Source: Patescibacteria group bacterium
GTDB taxonomy: Bacteria > Patescibacteriota > Dojkabacteria > JAKAPS01
DNA length: 64,000 nucleotides
Assembly (NCBI GenBank): GCA_025450075.1
Contig: JANWIC010000007.1
Coordinates: 39,289-103,288 of the forward strand
Direction: 5' to 3'
A model generated the notes under the pieces. It searched no databases and was not told where the DNA came from. It saw nothing but the letters and a program-made list of their open reading frames with translations. How positions within the stretch are numbered: position 1 is the stretch's first letter; each line of letters starts with the position of its first letter. Made by a program: the position numbers and the translations under genes. Positions 19,248 to 27,810 of this stretch are shown here, one piece after another.

Positions 19248-19281
19248 ATTGTACGGTATTATGATGAAAATTTTATGAGAA
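19248..19281 (-). promoter_or_regulatory. promoter with a PhoB/OmpR-like direct repeat in place of -35
   Basis: Minus strand reads TTCTCAT-AAAA-TTTTCAT (11-bp period), then 10 bp, then -10 TACAAT. Confidence 0.6.
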
Positions 19282-19579
19282 GCTGGAAGAAATGAAACTG
19301 GTTGGTAATTTAAAGAGATGCCATAGCACTTCTAATACATGGGTGGCTATATTTGAACTTCAAACAATTACTATATAAAGAGGATCTTAAAAAACTTTCT
19401 ATGTTTTGTATAGTTTAGAACTATGAGAAGTAATTGAAACTTCAAAAATCAGATATTATGCATAATTATTTGTCTAGTTTTGTAAATGATCAGTTTTTAT
19501 TCAAATATAAATTTCTTAAAGAAATTAACTTGTGTTTTCAATGAGGATTGTTTAGAATAAAATAACAACTCAACTATTT

Positions 19580-21112
19580 ATGGCAGACCAACAATCCCCT
19601 GAACAAGATACTCCGAGAATAAATACCCCTTATTCAGGTGATAGTAGAAGTGAATTAGTTACAACTGATAGTGGAGATCCTGTCGTTTCGAGAAGAACTA
19701 TTTTAAAAAAAGGAGTTTGGGGTGCATTAGGAATTGTTTTGTTAGGAATGGGTGTAGAGGGTTGGAGGAATGCTGGGAGATTAGTACAATTAGCAGAAGA
19801 GGGTTTAGATCCTATCATGTATAACGAGACTCAAGAAGGGGATACAACAGTTATAGAATTCTTTGGATACAACCTTTCAACATTACAACATGTTCTCGAT
19901 GAAAAATTAAGATCAGGAACAAATCCTATCAAAGTAAAAATTCTTCAACCAGAGTTATATAATACTAAGAAGGAAGCCCGATCAGTAAAGGTACCTACAA
20001 GACCCGGACAACCAGAAGAATATGGAGAAGGAATAGCTGGATTATTTATTAAATGTAGACCAAGTGAGACAGGAGAGAAAAGAAAAGTAACAATAATCGG
20101 AGCAAATCCTCCAGAGCCAATAGCACTAGAATTTAATGGAAATGCTTCGATAGAACACCGAAAGAGTCCTCGATTAATTCATCAATCCCATTATGGAATC
20201 TATGCCGAAGGTGTAGATTTAACCATTGAAAATCTTGACTTTTATCAAGGAGATGGAAGTGGAACTAACAATACAGAAAGAGCACATATTTTTGCATATA
20301 ATTCTGAAATTCGCATTAATAATGTAGGGGTTGATGGAAGTTCTGATAATATCGGAACTTCTAATGTCCTTTCACCTGATGGGAAAGTTGTAGGCAAGAC
20401 CTCAAAAGGTTTATCCGGAATCTATCTATTAGATTGTTCTCAAGCTACGATTCAAAAAGTAACATTGACTAAAACGAGTTGGGATGGAATAACTTTGAAT
20501 GGTACAAATGGTAATATAGATAGTGCAACAATTAAAGGAACAATGCTTGATTCAAGTGCGGGAATTGGAATTACACAAAATGGGAGACTCCTGCCTAAGA
20601 ACACTGTCATTATAAGAAACACTCAAGTTGTGTCTCGAATTAAAGGAATTATTGGATTTGATAATGTAGATATTTCGCTTGAGGAAGTTAGTATTGATTA
20701 TAATGGAATGCCTGATAAATCTTATGGAATTGCTGCAACTGGATCAGAACAAACCCCATTAAATTTTTCTATGAAAAGATCTAGCATTAATGGCTTGGGT
20801 GATAATATATTGGCAACCAATGCTCATATAGATAATTCACTCTTTGTTTGCCATGCAGGGAGTAGAGATACAATTGCTTTGTATGGGAGATTTGCAGGTG
20901 ATTTAATTACAATAACACCTGATTCATTTAGAGTTTTTAGAAACAACACAGTACAAGTAAATAGTAGTTTATATACTGACTGTAATTATGAACCAGTGAA
21001 ATTGTTTGATGTGCTTTTCCAAATTTGGTCTTTTTCAATTAAGGATAGTGATTCAAAAGCCTTGTATGAGCAATTCTTAGCACAAGGTAATAAGTTTGAA
21101 ATAGTGGATTAG
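19580..21112 (+). CDS. membrane-anchored protein with probable right-handed parallel beta-helix
   Basis: SRRTILK plus TM near the N-terminus. Repeated G/I/N-rich beta strands (GIYL...ATIQKV...DGITL...GIGI). Confidence 0.7.
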   Translation: MADQQSPEQDTPRINTPYSGDSRSELVTTDSGDPVVSRRTILKKGVWGALGIVLLGMGVEGWRNAGRLVQLAEEGLDPIMYNETQEGDTTVIEFFGYNLSTLQHVLDEKLRSGTNPIKVKILQPELYNTKKEARSVKVPTRPGQPEEYGEGIAGLFIKCRPSETGEKRKVTIIGANPPEPIALEFNGNASIEHRKSPRLIHQSHYGIYAEGVDLTIENLDFYQGDGSGTNNTERAHIFAYNSEIRINNVGVDGSSDNIGTSNVLSPDGKVVGKTSKGLSGIYLLDCSQATIQKVTLTKTSWDGITLNGTNGNIDSATIKGTMLDSSAGIGITQNGRLLPKNTVIIRNTQVVSRIKGIIGFDNVDISLEEVSIDYNGMPDKSYGIAATGSEQTPLNFSMKRSSINGLGDNILATNAHIDNSLFVCHAGSRDTIALYGRFAGDLITITPDSFRVFRNNTVQVNSSLYTDCNYEPVKLFDVLFQIWSFSIKDSDSKALYEQFLAQGNKFEIVD

Positions 21113-21125
21113 AGAATTATATTTA

Positions 21126-21554
21126 ATGCAAAAATATAGCAATAAAGAAGGAGTTAGGGAAGTACCAATTGCAGGCGGGCCAGAGGGAGTTAAATTAAAT
21201 ATAATTTCTACACCTCCCGAAATTATGGAATTTGGCTATCATGAAAATACCTGTTCTAATGAAACTCCAGCTGGATTAAAATAGTGTGCTTAATTAATAG
21301 AACAAACTGAACATGTTGAATCATTTTGGGGAGTTGGTTATCCAATTAAACTTGGAGTACAAGCCGCAATTTTTCAGCCTGAAAAAGATTTTGGTCTAGT
21401 AGATATATCTTTGCAAAATATTTTCTATGCAATGATATTATTTGCTACATTTAAAAGCGGATTTACTATTCTAAAAAAGGTTATCATTGGATAAATAGGA
21501 AGATTAAAGGATATGTTGGAAAATAGAGAATACTTACAAAAACTTAAACAATAA
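21126..21554 (+). pseudogene. degraded ORF with three in-frame stops
   Basis: One frame runs from ATG 21126 to TAA 21554, interrupted by TAG 21282, TAA 21291 and TAA 21492, with protein-like sequence on both sides of each stop. Confidence 0.5.
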
Positions 21555-21561
21555 AGATTAA

Positions 21562-22356
21562 TTATGAAATTTTTCGAATTTTTAATAGTTCTTCAAAATC
21601 GTTTTGATTAAATTCAATATCTACTTTCAAAGCTTTAGCATGTTTTCTAAATAATTCAAAGAGTTCCATAAGAGATTGAAGTAAAGAACCTTCTTCTCTT
21701 GATCTGATCTGTTCTCTATTAGAAAAGTCAATTAAAGTAACAATTGATTTCTTGTCTTGGGTGAAATGAAATAAAATATTGCCAGGATTTGGATCATACA
21801 TCCATATTCCTGTATTCAAAAATAAAGTAGCAGCTTTCCTAAATGCAATTGCATATGTGTCACTTATCAATTTCGTTGTTGCTATTCCATCTTTTACATA
21901 TCGTTCAATTGTTGGTCCTAAATGGGGACAAACAAATGCATCCAATTCTTGATTACCCACATTAACTTTAACCATTCGAAATTTAGCGCAGGCTTCTTGT
22001 TTAACTCCACACCAATTTGCAGCTTTTAAGCCATACTTGCATGCTTGAGTAAGTTGGTTTAAAAGTATGTGGTATCTTTTGCTTTCAATTGAATCAAGAT
22101 AGAACGGATTAACAATTTTAAGCCATTCTTCAGAGGTTGGATTAAAGAAAATTATGTAATAGTCTGGTGTATCATTAATTGGCTCATTATGGTTAGTGAT
22201 ATGTCCTTTAACTTGGTACCAAGTTGAAGTTCTTCCTTCAACTTGAATTGGGATAGCGGCTATTGATTCCCAAGCATTGGCAGTAACCTGTACTGTATCC
22301 AAATCAATTGAGTCGGTTTCACTGCTCAATAATAATTGTTCATTAACATTTGACAT
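21562..22356 (-). CDS. protein-kinase-like fold protein
   Basis: Catalytic loop YDPNPGNILF and metal-binding LIDFS. Confidence 0.65.
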   Translation of the reverse strand: MSNVNEQLLLSSETDSIDLDTVQVTANAWESIAAIPIQVEGRTSTWYQVKGHITNHNEPINDTPDYYIIFFNPTSEEWLKIVNPFYLDSIESKRYHILLNQLTQACKYGLKAANWCGVKQEACAKFRMVKVNVGNQELDAFVCPHLGPTIERYVKDGIATTKLISDTYAIAFRKAATLFLNTGIWMYDPNPGNILFHFTQDKKSIVTLIDFSNREQIRSREEGSLLQSLMELFELFRKHAKALKVDIEFNQNDFEELLKIRKIS

Positions 22357-22415
22357 TTTTATAAATTTTGAGATCTATAGTATAATATAAAAAATTTGAA
22401 AGTAATTAAAGTGTC

Positions 22416-22652
22416 ATGGAAAATCATATCTGGGTATGTGAATGTATAAATGGAAGTGATGGTGAAATAGTTATTAGAACACCATTATCTGAGGAACAAT
22501 TAGCTAGTTTGAAAAATAATCCTGATATTCCTGAAACAATATGTAATAATGGTGATATTGTTTGTCAGGATTGTGGGATAACTTTTGGTAACAAACCTAG
22601 AAAACATACTTCTCGAAATTCTGTTGCTGATATCGAAAATAATCTCGAATAG
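22416..22652 (+). CDS. small Cys-rich hypothetical protein
   Basis: 78 aa with CEC...C-x6-CQDC. Divergent from the kinase-like gene. Confidence 0.6.
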   Translation: MENHIWVCECINGSDGEIVIRTPLSEEQLASLKNNPDIPETICNNGDIVCQDCGITFGNKPRKHTSRNSVADIENNLE

Positions 22653-22797
22653 GGTTAAAAGATATTGATGCAACAAAAGATTCTTAATGATAACCTCAGA
22701 TTAATTTTTATATTCAAAGTGTTTTAGAATCTTTCTTATAATAATAGATAGGGACTATATTTAGAGCAATATTCCATTTAAATGATATAAACCAAAC

Positions 22798-23799
22798 ATG
22801 CATACAAGTTCTTCAGGTAATATAAGCGAATATGACAAGTATCTTGCTTCGCTGCATAGTAATTTAGTAACTCCGGATGAGTTTATTCGTGATGTTGTAA
22901 AAGAGGGAAGTGGTAGTGAGATGCTTGAAAAGCATCGCATTATTGCAGGAGAAGTAAGTGAGGTATATAAAATCATTTTAGTAAATCATAAGGAATTAAT
23001 ACTCAGGATTTCAAGAAGTGGCTATCCTAACTTCCAGCAGGAAATATGGGCAATTAAACAAGTAAAGCAAGTTGGTGTTTCTGCTCCTACAATTTTATTG
23101 GTGAAATACTTACCAATAAATGGCAAAGAGTATTCTTTTTGTCTAATGGAGAAGCTAGAAGGAGGACCTCTCGAAAGAGGGGATATAAAGTTTTGGGAAT
23201 ATACTGCAGAAGAACAAGCAGCATATATACGACAAGCAGGGGAGCTGCTATCAAGGATTCATTCAATAAAAACGAATGGCTTTGGATGGATCATTGGAGA
23301 AGGAAAACCTCAATATGAAAATTCTGAAGATTTAATAAATGAATGGTTAAATAAAGTAGAACGATTCCAAAAGATTATGGAATCTCAAAATTTTGCCAAA
23401 ACTAAAATTGATAGAGCAATAAAAATCGTTTCTGAGCTAAAAGAAGTATATAAAAATGTCGTTCCCTCTCTTAATCATGCAGACTTTGGTCATAAGCATT
23501 TTATGGTAATTGGAGATAAAATAGTTGGGATAATAGATTGGGGTTCGGTAAGAAGTGATTCAGCTGTTTATGACTTTGCTTGTTGGGATTATTGGTTTGG
23601 ACATTATATTCCGACTAAATGGTTGCAGGAAGGCTACGTGAACAAAGATGTTTTTGACGATTCTTTTGAGGATATCCTGCATAGAATCCGTATTATGAAA
23701 GGATTGGAGGTTTTGGACTGGTATGATCGAGAACATTATATACAGATGGTAAAAGATGCCCTAGAAAAACTTCAAAAAGATATACAATACTTTAGTTAA
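22798..23799 (+). CDS. aminoglycoside phosphotransferase (APH/choline kinase) family protein
   Basis: GEVSEVY, LILRI, LMEKLEG, LNHADF and IIDWG. Confidence 0.88.
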   Translation: MHTSSSGNISEYDKYLASLHSNLVTPDEFIRDVVKEGSGSEMLEKHRIIAGEVSEVYKIILVNHKELILRISRSGYPNFQQEIWAIKQVKQVGVSAPTILLVKYLPINGKEYSFCLMEKLEGGPLERGDIKFWEYTAEEQAAYIRQAGELLSRIHSIKTNGFGWIIGEGKPQYENSEDLINEWLNKVERFQKIMESQNFAKTKIDRAIKIVSELKEVYKNVVPSLNHADFGHKHFMVIGDKIVGIIDWGSVRSDSAVYDFACWDYWFGHYIPTKWLQEGYVNKDVFDDSFEDILHRIRIMKGLEVLDWYDREHYIQMVKDALEKLQKDIQYFS

Positions 23800-24540
23800 T
23801 CAATATAAATACATTAAAAATCTATAGCAACATCTATCAATAACTTAGGTTTCATAACTGAAGTAATACTTTGGCCTATGTAATAATGGAGATGTACTAT
23901 CATACATAATAAAGAAAGCTATTACAATAATTCCAACTGCAACAAAATCAGAAATCACCACGCATGTAACTACATCAACTTCTACACCTACTACACTCCC
24001 CTCATTGAATAAAAGTATCTCGCAATCTGTTGGACACATCCTCCAGGGAATGATGCTAAGGAATCTTTAAAATAATGAGCGGTGCAAACTGTACGATTGT
24101 TGTGTAATATAAAGTCTGGTTCAAGTAAAGCAGCAGGATTGACTTCTCATTATTGTCTAGTAAATGGAATTTGGAATAAGGATGCCATCAATAAAAAAAA
24201 TTAATTGCAGTTCGTACTTCAATAAAAAGAATAGTACGAAGTAAAATTCGTGCGCATAATGGATATGGAATCATCACTATTCTTAAAAAAGCCCTATATA
24301 ATAAGGCGTTTGGAAAAACATCAATTAGTCTTTTTGATATATTACATAAAAGAAAGATATATTAAGCATTATTCTTCAGAAAATATAAGTTATAACTATT
24401 CATCAAAGTGCTAAATAAACATAGAATACTCTAACCGCTTCTGCAGGTCTTATTCTTACAATGGGAGAAAGTAAAACCACCATTTCATGATGCATAGTGC
24501 ATATGTATGGTGTATAATTCAGCTATATAATTACTATAGT

Positions 24541-25191
24541 ATGAAGCTAATCGATGTTCCACTATATTTGCAAACTCCTGGTTCAATTGATTGTGGTCCA
24601 GCTTGTATACAAATGCTCTATGATCATTTCCTAGGAAAGAAGATTGATATTGAAGAGGTAAAGAAACAGTTGGATTATACTGAAGTTGGAACTACGCTTT
24701 ATCAGAATGGCTCTCAATTATTAAAGGAAGGACTAAAAGTAACAGCAATTTCAGCAAACCCATTAGTTTTTCCAGGTAATACATGGGACCAATTAAAAAC
24801 TAATGAAGATGTAAGAGAATATATACAAAAAAAATATGATGATTCATATTTAGATGATCATTTTAAGTTAATATATAGAACTCTTTTGCAATTTATTGAT
24901 GATGGGGGAGACTTTAAAGTTAAAATTCCAGATTTTAATGATATAAAAGATGCGATTGATAGGGATGCTATTGTATGTGCATTAAACTATACTCAGCCTT
25001 TAGGGGAAAATGAAGGAACTTTTCACTTTGTTTTAGTTACAGGATATGATGAGGGAAGAGTTTTTATAAATAACTCATGGCCATTATCTCAAAAGCAGGC
25101 ATGGTTTCCTATTGATAAATTCTTATTTGCTGTGCATAGTTCAGCGCTTGGAGATGCTGATAATGCAAGCTTTTTGATAGTTTCAAAATAA
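24541..25191 (+). CDS. papain-like peptidase C39 family protein
   Basis: VPLYLQ-x6-CGPAC, HFVLVTGYD and INNSW. ATG at 24541. Confidence 0.85.
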   Translation: MKLIDVPLYLQTPGSIDCGPACIQMLYDHFLGKKIDIEEVKKQLDYTEVGTTLYQNGSQLLKEGLKVTAISANPLVFPGNTWDQLKTNEDVREYIQKKYDDSYLDDHFKLIYRTLLQFIDDGGDFKVKIPDFNDIKDAIDRDAIVCALNYTQPLGENEGTFHFVLVTGYDEGRVFINNSWPLSQKQAWFPIDKFLFAVHSSALGDADNASFLIVSK

Positions 25192-25213
25192 TATATTTCA
25201 ACTGTATTAATAA

Positions 25214-25579
25214 CTACATCTTTTTAATCACTAAAGATCCTAATAATCCAGTTTCACCTGCAATATCATTTTTAACTATTTGAAAAGAGGAATTAGAAGT
25301 AATAATTCCTCTTTTCAAATATTCTTCAATTAGGGGATATAATTCATCAAAATGTCTAGCAATTTTACCACCAATAATAATTCTTTCAGGATCAAGAACA
25401 GAAATGATATTATAAATGACAATAGCAATATTTTTTGTCACTTTTTTTATTATATCCGTTGCAATAGGGTCAGATCTTGTATAACCATCAATAATATCTG
25501 AAACAGTAATCAGCGAAATATCTTCAAAAGTAAACTTTTGGATATTATCTCCCTTTCTTAAAAGTTCTTTAGCAAGTCC
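25214..25579 (-). pseudogene. C-terminal fragment of a ROK-family protein
   Basis: DPIA...IAIVIYNIISVLDPERIIIGG...GLLGS is the ROK C-terminal signature. An in-frame TAA lies at 25580-25582 and there is no N-terminal half before the tmRNA end. Confidence 0.75.
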
Positions 25580-25620
25580 TTATGCAGTTTTTGAGTATGT
25601 TGGGCAGTGTGAATTTAAAG

Positions 25621-26045
25621 TGGTGGAGATGGGGGGAGTCGAACCCCCGTACAAGACAAAAGAACAGATATAGTACTACAAGCTTACTTAGCTTCGTTTT
25701 TTTACATTCAGATCCTCAAAGCTAAGAAAAAAGATCATGAAAGGATATAATTAAGTACATATCAAGTTGCTATATCAGACAGCATGACATATACCTGACT
25801 GTTTTTTTGCCCTACTATTCCCATCAGGCGAGGTTTAGTAAAACACCAGCGATCTAATTTAGATATATGCTGGAGTATAAGCTGGAGCTCTGAAGAAATT
25901 AACTACAGAAGCTACTGTTGCCTGTACTTTTTGACTGAATGTGTTTGCATTTATGTCATTGGTACGTTTTTTTACGAAGTTATTACCATAATCTTCGGCT
26001 TGCTATATAAGCCCTATTTACCCTGGCGAAACCAAATACATCCCC
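25621..26045 (-). ncRNA. ssrA: tmRNA
   Basis: 5' GGGGATG pairs with 3' CATCTCC-A-CCA including G3:U. T-arm GGGGG-TTCGACT-CCCCC. Resume context ATAAAT-GCA. Tag ORF 25948..25859 reads ANTFSQKVQATVASVVNFFRAPAYTPAYI. Confidence 0.95.
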
Positions 26046-26154
26046 ATAGGTATAGACTTTTTTCAATGTGCTGAGTGATAGTATTATATCAAATATTTAC
26101 GAAATTCTCAATTATGTGCTATTATTTCTAAGTACATCATTAACTGTCCATAAC

Positions 26155-26715
26155 GTGAAGAATACGATTAATCTTCTATCCTTCAAAGAAGGTCCTCTCA
26201 CCTTTTGGGAGAAATTCTATATCTGGGCACTTTCAATTGGTAGGTATATCATTATCATTACAGAATTGATTGTCCTGATAGGCTTTTTCTTGAAATTCAA
26301 GGTTGATAATGATATCGCCAATATTAAGACGGATTTGAATGCAAATGTTGAGGTTTTAAAAGAGAACCAGGCGAAAGAAAATGAAATCAAGATATATCAA
26401 AAAAGGATTAGTACGCAGGAAGCTATCATGAATAACCAGTCTCCCATCTATTCTCTTTTAACTCACACTATTTCTCTTATCCCTCCAACAGTTAAAGTTG
26501 ATTCTCTTAATTTCCATAACAAGGGACAGATCTTGATCCAGGGAAGTATTACAGGAACGGGAAATGTCCAGTTGAATACGCTGCAAAACCTTGCCGATAC
26601 GTATCGTGGAGATAAGGCATATGTGAATGTTGCTGAAACGAATGTCTCGACAAATTCTCAGGAAAATCTGACCAATTTTTCAATTACTATGAACGTTAAT
26701 ACTTTAGGCCAATGA
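26155..26715 (+). CDS. pilN: PilN-like type IV pilus assembly protein
   Basis: INLL motif, one TM, coiled coil, then IPPTVKVDSL...ILIQG...NFSI. GTG at 26155 is the likely start. Confidence 0.75.
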   Translation: MKNTINLLSFKEGPLTFWEKFYIWALSIGRYIIIITELIVLIGFFLKFKVDNDIANIKTDLNANVEVLKENQAKENEIKIYQKRISTQEAIMNNQSPIYSLLTHTISLIPPTVKVDSLNFHNKGQILIQGSITGTGNVQLNTLQNLADTYRGDKAYVNVAETNVSTNSQENLTNFSITMNVNTLGQ

Positions 26716-27341
26716 TCACATACAATAAATTAAGAAAAACAGTAACAGTAAATTTCCAAGATATAAGGACAAGGACTTATACTATTATGGCCTTTACATT
26801 TCTGACAGTTCTTGTGCTTGCTGTATTTGCCATCCGTCCCGTTGTATTCAAACTATCTGATGAAATCGGGCTATACAATGATTTACAGCAAAAAGACCAG
26901 CAGGTAAAACAAAATCTTTCGGACCTTGCCCAGGCTGAAAATGTGTATGAAGGGGCGGTGAAAGATAATATTAATATACTGAATACAGCTCTTCCGAGAA
27001 CTCCTGAAACAGGCCCTTTATTTGCAAATATAAATGCAATTGCTGGTTCCCATAATGTGGAGATTGATTCTACAAATTTCCAATCTACAACCCAGATCAC
27101 TTCCGAGCTGCAGAATGTGGATCCGAGTTTATTACCTCACTTTGTCGGTGCTGCACCGTTGTATTTCTCAGTATCGGGAAGCGGGGCACAATCCGATGTT
27201 GCTGCATTTGTATCTGATCTGGAAAATTATCCGCGTACCTTTACTATTTTAAACATTACCCTAAGCAACTCATATGATAAAACTGGAAATGTTATTTCCC
27301 AGCAATACTCAATACTCGGGTATGTATTTTACCTACTTTAG
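26712..27341 (+). CDS. pilO: PilO-like type IV pilus assembly protein
   Basis: TM FAIRP, coiled coil, ALP...P and FVSDLENYPR. Overlaps the pilN stop. Confidence 0.8.
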   Translation: MITYNKLRKTVTVNFQDIRTRTYTIMAFTFLTVLVLAVFAIRPVVFKLSDEIGLYNDLQQKDQQVKQNLSDLAQAENVYEGAVKDNINILNTALPRTPETGPLFANINAIAGSHNVEIDSTNFQSTTQITSELQNVDPSLLPHFVGAAPLYFSVSGSGAQSDVAAFVSDLENYPRTFTILNITLSNSYDKTGNVISQQYSILGYVFYLL

Positions 27342-27343
27342 CT

Positions 27344-27598
27344 ATGAATAGAAAAAACGTCACATTCTTGCTGTTATCCTGTATCGTAGCGGTTATCTGG
27401 ATTGTATATACGGTATATTCAAACTTAACAGCAGTGGATTATACGACACAGGAAAATATCCCGGTTTCCTTATCTCCAATAAGTACGAATTTACATCTAG
27501 AGACTTTAAAGAAAGTAAACGCGTTAGGAGCGAATATTAAAGTGAGTAATCAGAGCCTGCAGCCGAGCAGTACACCGACTCCCACTCCTGGGTCATAA
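27344..27598 (+). CDS. small membrane-anchored protein of the pil cluster
   Basis: N-terminal TM and TPTP tail, directly after pilO. Confidence 0.65.
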   Translation: MNRKNVTFLLLSCIVAVIWIVYTVYSNLTAVDYTTQENIPVSLSPISTNLHLETLKKVNALGANIKVSNQSLQPSSTPTPTPGS

Positions 27599-27612
27599 TT
27601 GCCTTGAAGTGT

Positions 27613-27641
27613 TTGACATATTTGATAATTTTTGGTAGTAT
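27613..27641 (+). promoter_or_regulatory. sigma70 promoter of rpoBC
   Basis: TTGACA-17 bp-TAGTAT with an extended TG. Confidence 0.8.
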
Positions 27642-27763
27642 GAGCGTGTCCAAATTGATTCGCGGAGTTAAAAACCTACATGCTTACAATAAAATCGTGA
27701 TTAATTAGATTACGTGCTACCCTGTTGCCTGGGTGGTTTTGTGTGCGCTCTGAGGGTTTTTTA
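27642..27763 (+). promoter_or_regulatory. candidate structured rpoB leader RNA
   Basis: GAGCGTGT/GTGCGCTC closing helix, inner stems AATTGAT-CGCGG/TCGTG-ATTAATT and GCTACCC/GGGTGGT, then a U-run. Confidence 0.5.
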
Positions 27764-27810
27764 TTCTTCGAATTACGTTCTTCTATTTTATTTAAGCCTC
27801 GATTAATACT

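Noticed and set aside
19300-19420. Short frame containing AIALLIHGW, resembling a hydrolase fragment
   Set aside because: Too short, with no start codon or further motifs.
24211-24240. TTCGTACT-N14-AGTACGAA inverted repeat in non-coding DNA
   Set aside because: No associated gene, T-tract or second copy, so no function can be supported.
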